Assembly: GCA_040005235.1 (NCBI GenBank)
Contig: JBDTZG010000043.1
Coordinates: 1-47,761, forward strand
Reading direction: 5' to 3'
Source of the DNA: Acidobacteriota bacterium
GTDB lineage: Bacteria; Acidobacteriota; Thermoanaerobaculia; Multivoradales; UBA5704
DNA length: 47,761 nucleotides
The notes under the pieces are model-generated. The model was not told the DNA's origin, searched no databases, and saw nothing but the letters and a program-made list of their open reading frames with translations. Made by a program: the position numbers and the translations under genes. Shown here piece by piece: positions 7,588 through 17,200 of this stretch. How positions within the stretch are numbered: the first letter of the stretch is position 1; every line of letters starts with the position of its first letter.

Positions 7588-8778
7588 ATGATTCGCCGGT
7601 TGATTCGCGGTTCTCTCTTGGCGGTTCTGGGGGTGGGCTTGGCGGCCGGTGCCCTGTCGGCGCAGACTGTCACTTCCTCTTCTTCCCATGCGGTCGGTCC
7701 GCTGCTCCAGACCGATTCGGTGGTCACGGTCGGCCCTTCGGCGATCGACAAGTTCGGGATGCACCGGCTGCGCCGCGCCCATGGGGCGGTGAAGGGTGCC
7801 CTGCTGCTGCTGCCGCCTTTGGGCAACGGCTTCTCGTTCTTCACCGCCGACGACAGCGGAGACCCGCTGCGCTCGTTCGCGGCGTATTTCGCTCTGCGCG
7901 GCTGGGAGGTCTGGGGCTATTCGCCGCGTGCCTCGGACCTCGTCGCCGGGTCGTGCGAGTCGGCTGCGGTCGACTGCTCGTCGATGGCGCACTGGGGGGT
8001 TCAGGCGACGGTCGACGACGCGGCGTTCATCCGCTCTCGGATCGCCGCCGCTCTGCCGGCCCACCGGCCGGTGCTGGTCGGCGGCTATTCGCTGGGCGGC
8101 ATGACGACGATCGCCACGATCAACGCCCACCCGGGAGACTATGACGGAGCATTCCCTCTGGAGGGCGCCCTCTACGCCGAGAACCCGGCGGTCTTGGCGC
8201 TCAACCAGGGCTTTTGCGCCGGGCTTGAAGCGCAGCTCGCGGCGGGGCAGATCTACGACGGCCAGAATCTGCCGTTCATCCGCGCGGCGGTTGGGCTTGC
8301 AGCTTCGAGCCCCGCGGCGCCTTCGCCGTTCTTCCCCGGGCTTACCAACCACCAAGGGATGATCTTTCTGCTCGCTGTGCCGCAGGCCGGGCCGCTGTGG
8401 CCGACCGCGAATTTCATCCGCTGCGCGGGCGACGTGGGGCAGGACCGGTTCTTCTATAGCGATGAGTCGAGGGTGATCACCTTTTCCTCGTTCTTCATCG
8501 ACTACGTGGACAACCGGACGATCCGCGACATCTCCTGCTCGCTCGCCGGGGAGCGTACGTTCACCGGCAATCTGGGGGCGTTCACGAAGCCGATCTACCT
8601 GATGGGCGGCGGCCTTGGATTCGCCGAACAGAACCACGACCTGGCGAACATCCTCGGCTCGACCCACGTCACCTTCAATGAGATCCCCGCGTTCGGCCAT
8701 GCCGACCACTGGTTCACCAAGCACCACCGGCTGGTGTTGGAAGGCGATCTCGATCGCTGGTTGAATCGGTGGTTTTAG
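7588..8778 (+). CDS. Secreted alpha/beta-fold hydrolase
   Basis: Signal peptide (MIRRLIRGSLLAVLGVGLAAGALSA), nucleophile elbow GYSLGG, C-terminal FGHADH, upstream GAAAGGGA RBS. Confidence 0.85.
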   Translation: MIRRLIRGSLLAVLGVGLAAGALSAQTVTSSSSHAVGPLLQTDSVVTVGPSAIDKFGMHRLRRAHGAVKGALLLLPPLGNGFSFFTADDSGDPLRSFAAYFALRGWEVWGYSPRASDLVAGSCESAAVDCSSMAHWGVQATVDDAAFIRSRIAAALPAHRPVLVGGYSLGGMTTIATINAHPGDYDGAFPLEGALYAENPAVLALNQGFCAGLEAQLAAGQIYDGQNLPFIRAAVGLAASSPAAPSPFFPGLTNHQGMIFLLAVPQAGPLWPTANFIRCAGDVGQDRFFYSDESRVITFSSFFIDYVDNRTIRDISCSLAGERTFTGNLGAFTKPIYLMGGGLGFAEQNHDLANILGSTHVTFNEIPAFGHADHWFTKHHRLVLEGDLDRWLNRWF

Positions 8779-8794
8779 TTACTTAGGGGGAGGC

Positions 8795-8826
8795 AGGGAG
8801 TGCGACGGGAACGCCACGCACTCCCT
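8795..8826. terminator. Hairpin between convergent hydrolase and sulfatase genes
   Basis: AGGGAGTGCG (8795-8804) / CGCACTCCCT (8817-8826) perfect 10-bp inverted repeat. GGAGTGCG is shared with the REP-like element at 40057. Confidence 0.6.
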
Positions 8827-8834
8827 CTTCAGCC

Positions 8835-10373
8835 CTACAAATACCCCAACGACTTGAGCAGCGCCCGCGTTTCGTCGTCCATGTCGCGCCCTTGCGTTGC
8901 GGCGCAGCTCGCCGGCACCTGGGTGTCGGTTTCGGCGTTCAGGTGGGGGGCTCGGTCCCAGGCCCAGAGCTCTTTTTTGAGGCGCTCCAGGTCGTCGGGG
9001 TATTTGTCGGCAACGTTTTGGGTCTCGCCGGGATCGTTTTGGAGGTCGTAGAGGGTGAAGCGGATGCCTTCGCCGCCGATCCAGCGTTGCTCGGGGCGGG
9101 TCTGGGCGAAGATCAGCTTGAAGCGTTTGTCGCGGACGACCTTCTGCCATTTGTTGTCGGTTTCCCAGCCGGATTCGGAAAACGACGTGGCGACGGGCCG
9201 GACCCAGGGGTCGCTCTCTTTAGCTGGCGGCGCGGCGGGCAGCTCGATGCCGCGCAGGCGCGGGGTGAGGGAGTGCCCTTGGAGCGGCACGGTGGCGGGT
9301 AGGGTTCCGCCGGCCGCTTCGAGCAGGGTGGGGGCCAGATCGACCAGCTCGACCGGATCGCGGTCGACGCGCGGCGCGAGCACTTGCGGGTAGTGGACGA
9401 TCAGCGGTACGCGCAGGCAGGTCTGGAAGCTGAAGCGGCCGTGGTCGAAGTAGTAGCCGTGCTCACCGAGCGATTCGCCGTGGTCGGCGGTGAAGACGGT
9501 CAAGGTCTTGCTGAACATCTGGCGTCGCTTCATCTCGTCGAGCAGGCGGCCGATCTGGGCGTCGTTGTAGGAGATCTCGGCGTCGTAGCGGGCGCGGTAG
9601 AACGCCAGATCGGTGTGCCCTTCGAGCACCTGCTTCTGGCCGATGCCCATCATCTGCTGGTTGGGTTTGGCAACCACTTCGATCTTGGCGGTGGGATCGA
9701 AATGCTCATCGCCCTGGAACTTCGTCGCGTACTCCCCCGGCGGGGTGTAGGGCGCGTGCGGATCGAGGTAATGAACCCAGAGGAACCAGGGCTTGCCCCC
9801 TTTCGACGATTTGTCGAGCTGGGCGAGCAGCCCCTCGGCCAGCTTGGTCACCGCCTCGGCGCCGTTCGGGTCTTTGGTCGGGTCGGCGGCGCCGCCCTCG
9901 CCGGGATGATTGAGCTTCCAGGTTTCGATGTAGACGTCGAACCCCTGATCGAAATGAAACTCGCTGCCCAGGGCACCGTTCGCCACCACCGCCGCGGTCG
10001 CGTAGCCCTGGCGCTGGAGGTTTTCTGCGAGGGTGGTGAATTTGCACGAGAGCGGCACGCCGACCTTCCTCACCATGCCGTTGTCCTTGGCGTAGGTGGA
10101 GGTGAACATCGAAGCGAACGAGGGCGTGGTCTTCGGCCACTGGACACTCACCTGGTCGAAGCGCACCCCTTCGGCGGCGAGCCGGTCGATGTTTGGCGAG
10201 GTCTTTCGCTCGTAGCCCCAGGCGGAGAGGTGATCGGCGCGCAGCGTGTCGACCGTGATCAACAGGATGTTGCTCTTGGCCGGCAGCGGCTCTACCTTCG
10301 GCGCTTCGGGGCGGCAGCCGGCGGCGAGGAGCGCGGCGGCGCAGAACAGAGAGGTACGGCGGCGATGGGTCAT
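8835..10373 (-). CDS. Sulfatase-like hydrolase/transferase lipoprotein (alkaline phosphatase superfamily)
   Basis: True start MTHRRRTSLFCAAALLAAGC (lipobox). Motifs NILLITVDTLRADHL, TTPSFASMFTS, WVHYLDPHAPY, TADHGE, LYDLQNDPGE and C-terminal LKSLGYL. The ORF-track extension to 12788 overlaps the NRPS and is spurious. Confidence 0.9.
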   Translation of the reverse strand: MTHRRRTSLFCAAALLAAGCRPEAPKVEPLPAKSNILLITVDTLRADHLSAWGYERKTSPNIDRLAAEGVRFDQVSVQWPKTTPSFASMFTSTYAKDNGMVRKVGVPLSCKFTTLAENLQRQGYATAAVVANGALGSEFHFDQGFDVYIETWKLNHPGEGGAADPTKDPNGAEAVTKLAEGLLAQLDKSSKGGKPWFLWVHYLDPHAPYTPPGEYATKFQGDEHFDPTAKIEVVAKPNQQMMGIGQKQVLEGHTDLAFYRARYDAEISYNDAQIGRLLDEMKRRQMFSKTLTVFTADHGESLGEHGYYFDHGRFSFQTCLRVPLIVHYPQVLAPRVDRDPVELVDLAPTLLEAAGGTLPATVPLQGHSLTPRLRGIELPAAPPAKESDPWVRPVATSFSESGWETDNKWQKVVRDKRFKLIFAQTRPEQRWIGGEGIRFTLYDLQNDPGETQNVADKYPDDLERLKKELWAWDRAPHLNAETDTQVPASCAATQGRDMDDETRALLKSLGYL

Positions 10374-10471
10374 ATTGGAGGATTCTCGGGGAGTCGCACG
10401 ATGGACGCCGCTCGCCGTCAGGCGGTGAGCGGGCGCCGATCTTAGCCTAGACGGCCGGCAATCCCCGGGGC

Positions 10472-13400
10472 CTACGCCCCGACCGGCTCTCCCACGGGAC
10501 GAAGCGCGTCTTTCTGGGCTCCGGACATCGCCTGGAGGCGGAGCACGGCGCGGGCGATCTTTTCGGCCCGGCCCGGCTGGGGGTCGAAGTGGGCGATCTG
10601 GGCGGCGAAACCTTCGAGCGTCGGCTGCTCGAACAGCGCGCGCAGGGGCAGCGCGACCTGGAGCAGTCGCTCGGTCCGGGTTGCGAGCTGCGCGCCGAGG
10701 AGCGAATGGCCGCCGAGCGAAAAGAAGCTCGATTTGCGACCGATCCGCTCGACCGGGATTCCCAACACCTCCGACCAGAGCCGCGCCGAAAGCTGTTCGA
10801 GCGGGCCCGCCGGGGCGTCGAGCGCTTCGTCCGACGACCTCGCGACCGCGGGCAGCGCGGCGGATCGGGGGGTCCGGCTCCAATCGACTCGCAGCTGTCG
10901 GCGCTCCGCCTCGTCGAGCGCGGCCAGCTCGAGCGCCGGCCGATCCGGATTGGCCATGGCGCGGCCGATCAGCGCGGCGAGCTCGCCCGACCAGCGCTCG
11001 ACCGTCTCGCGGTCGAAGAGGTCGAGCGGGTATTCGATCGAGCCGCCGAGCCGGCCGTTGCGGTCCGCGAGACCGAGCGATAGATCGAACTTGGGCTGCG
11101 CGAAAGGAAGGTCGATCTGCTGAAACGAGAGGCCCGCCGATTCGAGCTTCGGCTCCGGGGTGTTGAGATAGGAGAACAATGCCTGGAAGATCGGCGTGAC
11201 GCCGAGATTGCGGTCGGGCTGCAGCTCCTCGACCAGGCGCTCGAACGGTAGGTCTTGATGGGCGAACGCGTCGAGCGCCGCCTGCCGCGCCCTGCGGATC
11301 AGCTCGCGGAACGACGGTTCGCGGGTCTCCGCGGAGAGGCGGGAGAGCATGAGCCGAATCGCCAGGGTGTTGACGAAAAAGCCGATCAAACCGGTGATTT
11401 CGGCCCGATTCCGGTTGGCGATCGGCGTGCCGACCACCAGGTCCGAAACCCCGGCGTAGCGGCCGAGGAACAGGCTCCAAGCGGCGAACAGGACCATGAA
11501 CGGCGTTGCGCGCTCCGCGCGGGCGAGCGAGCGTAGCGCCTCGGCCGTCTCCGGCGGCAGCTCGAAGTCCGCCCGGCCGCCGCGTGGCGTGCGCTCCCGC
11601 GGACGCGGCCGGTCGAGCGGCAAGTGCAGTTCGGGGGGCGCTCCGGCGAGCGAATCGCGCCAGAAGGCGAGCTGGCGATCCAGCTCCGGCCCCGAAAGGA
11701 ATGCGCGCTGCCAGACGGCGAAATCGGCGTACTGGATCGGCAGCGGAGGAAGCTCCGCGGGCTTGCCCAGCACCGCCGCCGCGTAGAACGCGGCCGATTC
11801 GGCGACCAGGATCGACGACGACCAACCGTCCGAGACGATGTGATGAAGGTTGAGCAGAAGCGCCTGATCGTCCGCCGCGAGCCGCACCGCTAGCGCGCGC
11901 AGAAGAGGACCGCGACGAAGCGAAAACGGCCGTGCCGATTCGGCCAGCAGCACGCGCAATAGCTCGGCCTCGCGGACCGGCTCCGGGCAGGCGGCAAGAT
12001 CGATCTTCGGCAGGGCCACCGGGGCGGGCGGCGAGATGCGCTGGACCGGCCCTTGTTCCGTCGGCGTAAACGTCGTCCGCAGCGCCTCGTGGCGGGCGAC
12101 CATCGCGGCGAGCGCAGCTTTCATGGCGGCGGGAAAGAACCGGCCGCGAATGCGCAACGAAGTCGGGATGTGGTACGCCGGATCGCCCGCGACGTCCGGC
12201 GTGTCCGCCTCGCCGGCTCCGCCTGAACCGAGCCGGTCGAGCACCCAGAGGCGGCTTTGGGCGAAGGACAGGGGCAGCGGATCGGGACGGACCGGGAGGC
12301 GCGGGATCGCGCGCGCCGAAGGACCGGCGGTTTCGGCGAAGTCCGTCTCCTCCGCCCTTACTGGGATCACCGGAGAGCCCCCGGCGAGGCTCTCGGCGAC
12401 GACGGCCAGAGTGGGGCTCTCGAACAACGTGCGGAGCGAGATCTCGACCTCGAACACGCGCTCGATCTGCAGCGCCAGTTGAACCGCGAGCAGCGAATGC
12501 CCACCGAGATCGAAGAAGCTCGATTGGCGGCCGATCTGGGCGAATTCGACGCCGAGCAGCTCGGCCCAAATCCGCGCCACCGTGCGCTCGACGGCTGAGG
12601 CCGGCGGCTCGAACGGCGGCGTTTCCTCCTTGGCCAGGACCTGAGTTCGGACGTGCGCGGCAGAATCCGCCGGCTCGGCCCGCTCGCGAGCCGTGCGCAA
12701 GAAACCCAACTGCGGGGAAAGGCCCCAGATCGGCCGGTCGGGCGCCGCGACGGCCGAGCGGATCAACTCCACCAGCTCCCTCTGCCAACCGGCCACGGTC
12801 GCGTCGGCGAACAGATCGGTCGCGTAGTCGAGCGACGCCGTGTACCTGCCACCCTGGTCGACGATCCCGAACCCCAGGTCGAATTTCGCGACGACCGTCG
12901 GCAGGTCGATCGGCTCGAAAACGAGCCCGGCCGCCTCCAAACGCGGCTCCGGATTATTCAGGAACACGAAGAGCGCCTGAAAGATCGGCGTCGCCCCTGG
13001 TCGGCGCGGCGCTTTGATCTCCTCGACCAGGCGCTCGAACGGCAGATCCTGATGGGCGAACGCGCCAAGCGCGGTCCGGCGGGCGCGACGCACCAGCTCG
13101 CGAAACGAAGGGGTAGTGGTTGCGTTGGCCTCCTCGCTCCTTCGGGCGCCTTCGGCAGCAGCCAGTCGCTGCGGGGCCAACGAAACCACTACCTCCCCCG
13201 GAGCGCCCAGCCCGATTCGCAGCGGCAGCAGGTTGGCGAACAGGCCGATCAGCCCGGCGGTCTCGGCGCGGTTTCGGTTGGCGATCGAAGTGCCGATCAC
13301 CACGTCATCCGCCTCCGCGAGCCCGCCGAGGAACAATCCCCAGGCGGCGAGCAGGACCATGTAAGGTGTCGCCCCTTCGGCGCGGGCAAGATCGCGGATC

Positions 13401-14287
13401 GCTTGGACGATCTCGGGCGCGAGATCGAAAGCCTGCGCCCGGCCGCGGCCCGAGGGCGAACCCCGGCGCTCCAGGTCGTGCGGCACGGTCAGCTCGGGCG
13501 GCGCCCCGGCGAGCGCGCCGCGCCAGTAGCCGAGCTGACGTTCGAGCTCCGCGCCGGTCAGATACCGCCGCTGCCAGACCGCGAAATCGGCGTACTGAAT
13601 CGGCAGCGGCGCCAGTTCCGCACGCGCACCATTGCCGGTTACCGCGGCGGTGTAGAGCGCCGTCGCCTCGGCGACCAGGATCGAAGCCGACCAGCCGTCC
13701 GAGACGATGTGGTGGAGGTTGAGCAGCAGCGCCTGGTCGTCGCTCGCGAGGTCGGCGAGCAACGCCCGCAACAGCGGTCCGTGGGCGAGCGAGAAGGGCC
13801 GAGCGGCCTCGGCGAGGAAGACGCGAGAAAGCTCGAACCCACGCGCCGGCTCCGGGCAGGCGGAAAGATCGATCCGCGGCAGCGGCACCGCTGCGAGCGG
13901 CGCGATGCGCTGCACCGGGCCCTCCTCGGCGATCGGAAAGGTCGTGCGCAGGGCCTCGTGGCGCGCGACCACGCCGCCGAGCGCCCCGGCCATCGCGGCC
14001 GGCGCGAACCGGCCGCGGATCCGCAGCGCGGTCGGAATGTGGTAGGTCGAATCGCCCGGATTCAAACGATCCATCAGCCACAGGCGGCCCTGGGAGAACG
14101 ACAGCGGCAGGGGCCCGAAGTCGGGCGGCAGGCGCGGGATCACCCCGGAAGCGGGCGTCCGTCCTCCGGCCGGTTCCGCGTTTCCCGCGCTCGCGTCGTT
14201 CGGCGGCGCCGGACCGCGGGCGCGCATTTTCTCGAACAGGCGCGCCTTCTCCTCGCGCGACAGGCCCGCGAACCGATCGCCGCTCAT
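10472..14287 (-). CDS. NRPS subunit 3: C-T-C-T, two adenylation-less modules, no TE
   Basis: N-terminal docking-like helix (LSREEKARLFEKMR), two closely similar C domains each with LHHIVSDGWS, two PCPs (FFDLGGHSLLA, FFSLGGHSLLG). No A3 (TSGSTG) or A5 (YGPTE) motifs and no GxSxG thioesterase. Confidence 0.9.
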   Translation of the reverse strand: MSGDRFAGLSREEKARLFEKMRARGPAPPNDASAGNAEPAGGRTPASGVIPRLPPDFGPLPLSFSQGRLWLMDRLNPGDSTYHIPTALRIRGRFAPAAMAGALGGVVARHEALRTTFPIAEEGPVQRIAPLAAVPLPRIDLSACPEPARGFELSRVFLAEAARPFSLAHGPLLRALLADLASDDQALLLNLHHIVSDGWSASILVAEATALYTAAVTGNGARAELAPLPIQYADFAVWQRRYLTGAELERQLGYWRGALAGAPPELTVPHDLERRGSPSGRGRAQAFDLAPEIVQAIRDLARAEGATPYMVLLAAWGLFLGGLAEADDVVIGTSIANRNRAETAGLIGLFANLLPLRIGLGAPGEVVVSLAPQRLAAAEGARRSEEANATTTPSFRELVRRARRTALGAFAHQDLPFERLVEEIKAPRRPGATPIFQALFVFLNNPEPRLEAAGLVFEPIDLPTVVAKFDLGFGIVDQGGRYTASLDYATDLFADATVAGWQRELVELIRSAVAAPDRPIWGLSPQLGFLRTARERAEPADSAAHVRTQVLAKEETPPFEPPASAVERTVARIWAELLGVEFAQIGRQSSFFDLGGHSLLAVQLALQIERVFEVEISLRTLFESPTLAVVAESLAGGSPVIPVRAEETDFAETAGPSARAIPRLPVRPDPLPLSFAQSRLWVLDRLGSGGAGEADTPDVAGDPAYHIPTSLRIRGRFFPAAMKAALAAMVARHEALRTTFTPTEQGPVQRISPPAPVALPKIDLAACPEPVREAELLRVLLAESARPFSLRRGPLLRALAVRLAADDQALLLNLHHIVSDGWSSSILVAESAAFYAAAVLGKPAELPPLPIQYADFAVWQRAFLSGPELDRQLAFWRDSLAGAPPELHLPLDRPRPRERTPRGGRADFELPPETAEALRSLARAERATPFMVLFAAWSLFLGRYAGVSDLVVGTPIANRNRAEITGLIGFFVNTLAIRLMLSRLSAETREPSFRELIRRARQAALDAFAHQDLPFERLVEELQPDRNLGVTPIFQALFSYLNTPEPKLESAGLSFQQIDLPFAQPKFDLSLGLADRNGRLGGSIEYPLDLFDRETVERWSGELAALIGRAMANPDRPALELAALDEAERRQLRVDWSRTPRSAALPAVARSSDEALDAPAGPLEQLSARLWSEVLGIPVERIGRKSSFFSLGGHSLLGAQLATRTERLLQVALPLRALFEQPTLEGFAAQIAHFDPQPGRAEKIARAVLRLQAMSGAQKDALRPVGEPVGA
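13112..13193. repeat. REP-like inverted repeat within an NRPS C domain
   Basis: GGTAGTGGTTGCGTTGGCC (13112-13130) / GGCCAACGAAACCACTACC (13175-13193), 18/19 match. Corresponds to the extra peptide EVVVSLAPQRLAAAEGARRSEEANATTT, absent from the paralogous C domain. Confidence 0.75.
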
Positions 14288-17200
14288 CGCACCTCCTCTG
14301 CGAGCAGCTCGGCGAACATGCCGTCGTCGAGCGCCGCCAGCTCGCGTACGACGATCCGGTCGGCGAGATCGCCGAGATCGCGCGCGTCGAACACCTCCTG
14401 GAGCGGCACCGCGACTCCGGCGCGCGCTTCGAGCTCGGCGACGAAGCGAGTCGCGAGCAGCGAATGGCCGCCGAGGTCGAAGAAGTTGTCGCGCATGCCG
14501 ACCCGCGCGAGTCCCAGCACCTCGGCGGCGACCGTGGCGATCTGGGCTTCGAGCTCGCTCGCCGGCTCGACGTGGCCGCTCGCGACGGCCACGTCGGGCG
14601 CCGGCAGCGCGCGCCGGTCGAGCTTGCCGTTCGCCGTCAAGGGGAGCGCGTCGAGCACCACGATCGCCCCCGGTACGAACGGCTCCGGCAGCCGCGCCGC
14701 GAGCCGGACCAGGACGTCGCGGGCGATCTCTTCCTCGCTCTGGCCGGCCCGACCGGAGACGCCGAGGTGGCGCAGTTTGTCGAGGTTCAAGGCATCGTCG
14801 CGCAACGCGACGTAGGCGACCAGGCGGCGATCGCCGGGGCGGTCTTCGCGCACGATCGCCACCGCCTCGCGCACCCTCGCGTCGGCGAGCAAGGCGGACT
14901 CGACCTCCCCCAGCTCGATACGGAAGCCGCGGATCTTCACCTGGCCGTCGCGCCGCCCTTGGAATTCGAGCACGCCCTCTCGATTCCAGCGCACGACGTC
15001 GCCGGTGCGATAGAGCCGGCCGCCGGAGCGGTCGAGCGAATCGGCGAACGGATCGGGGACGAAACGCTCGGCGGTCAAGTCGGGCCGGCGCAGGTAGCCG
15101 CGCGCAATCCCTTCGCCCCCGGCGTACAGCTCGCCCCAGGCACCCGCCACGACAGGCTCCAGATCGGCATCGAGAACGTAGACCCGGGCGTTGCTGATCG
15201 GCCTGCCGATCGGCATCGGATCGGGCACCTCGGCAGGATCGCCGACGCCGAAGCAGCAGGTGAACGTCGTCCCCTCGGTCGGCCCATAGCCGTCGATCAG
15301 CCGGCCGGGGGCGAGATCGGCGACCGCCTGCCGGACCGGCCCGGGCGACAGGGCGTCACCTCCGGCGAGCAGCTGCGAGAGCGCCGGCAACCCGGCGAAG
15401 CCGTAATCCGCCATCGGATGGAACAAGCCCGCGGTGAGCCAGAGGGTGGTCACCTGGAACCGCGCGAGGGTGCGTTTGATCTCCGCTGGAGAGAGCGGCC
15501 CCGAAGGGGCCAGCGCGATCCGGCCGCCGTTGAGCAGCGGTCCCCAGATTTCGAGCGTCGAGGCGTCGAACGCGATCGGCGCGAACAGCAGGAAGACGTC
15601 GCCGGTACCGAAGCGGATGTAGTCGGTGTCGCGCACCAGGCGGATGACGTTCCGGTGCGTGACCCAGACCCCTTTCGGCCTCCCTGTCGAGCCGGAGGTG
15701 TACATCACGTAGGCGAGGCTGTCGGCGCTCGGCCGCTCCGGCCGGCCGTCGAGCGCGGCGAAGAAGCCCCCCTCGGCATCGGCATCGAGCGGCATCTGCA
15801 CCGCGGCGAGCGAGGCGACCGACGAGGGGAGCTCGTCGAGCGCGGCGCGGCGACCGAGCAGGATCGCGGCGCCGCAATCTTCGAGCAGCAGCGCCTGGCG
15901 TTCCGGCGGGTAGGTCGGATCGATCGGCACGTAGCAGCCGCCCGCGGCGAGGATGCCGAGAATGCCCACCAGGGTTTCGGGCGCGCGTTCGGCGAGGATC
16001 GCGATCGGCATTTCGAGCGACACGCCGAGACCGGCGAGCCGGCGCGCGAGCTTCATGGCGCGGCGGCCGAGCTCGCCGTAGCTGATCGCGAGCGAGGCCC
16101 CTGCCTCGTCACCTTCGGCCTCTCCTTCGATCGCGATCGAGTCGGGGGTTTCCAGAACCTGCTCGGCGAACAGCTGAGCGATCGAAGCGTCGCGCGGAAA
16201 CGCCGTGGCGGTTTGGTTGCGCTCGACGAGCAGCACCCTCCTCTCCGGCTCCGCCAGCAGCGGCAGGGCCGAAAGACGGACGTTGCGGTCGGCGACCGCC
16301 GCGGCGAGAAAGTCGGCCAGCCGCTCGACCACACGGTGGATCGTCGCCTCCTCGAACAGCGCCGTCGCGTACTCGAACAGGCCGCGGATGCGCCCCGCGT
16401 CGCGCCCCGCGACCACCGTCAGATCGAACTTCGAGGTGCCCGAATCGGCGGGCTGCGGCGATAAGTGGAGAGCGCCGAGATCAGCTTCCGGAATGGCCGC
16501 GTTCTGCCAGGTCAGCACGGCCTGGACGATCGGCGGCCGGCTCCGGTCGCGCGCGGGTTTCAGCTCCTCGACCAGCTTTTCAAACGGCACGTCGCGATGG
16601 GCGTAGCCGTCGAGCGCCTCGGCGCGCACCCGCGCGAGCAGCTGGGCGAACGTCGGATCGCCCGAAGCGTCGATCCGCAGGGGAAGCGTATTGATGAAGA
16701 AGCCGATCAACCCTTCGAGCTCTGCCGCGTCGCGGTTCGCGATCGTGGTGCCGAGCACCAGGTCGCGCACCCCCGCCCACCGCGCGAGCACCGCCGCCCA
16801 AGCCGCAAAGACGAGCATGAAGTCCGTGGCGCCCTCGGCGCGCGCGAACGCGAACGCCGAGGCCGACAGGTCCTCGGGCAAGTCGATTCGCAGAGCTGCC
16901 CCAACGAGGCTCTGGAGCGCCGGCCGCGGCCGATCGGTGGGCAGGTCCAGGGCCTCGGGAGCGTCGCCAAGCCGCGAACGAAAATGGCCCACCTGGCGTT
17001 CCAGCTCAGGACCTTGGAGCCAGCCGCGCTGCCAGGCGGCGAAATCCGGATATTGGATGGGGAGCGCCGGCAGCTCCCACGAGGTCCGGCCCGCGACCAG
17101 CGCGCGATAGACCGCCGTCGCCTCGCGCACCAGGACCCCCATCGACCAGGCGTCCGAAACGATGTGATGCATCACCAGGAGGAACAGGTGCAGCTCCGGC

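Noticed and set aside
10374-12788. 1317-aa ORF suggesting a giant sulfatase fusion
   Set aside because: The N-terminal ~800 aa is an Arg/Gly/Pro-rich alternative frame of the NRPS; the real protein starts at the lipoprotein signal at 10373.
14764-14790. GTGGCGCAGTTTG, resembling half a REP, in an inserted loop of the Val A domain
   Set aside because: No complementary arm; too weak to call.
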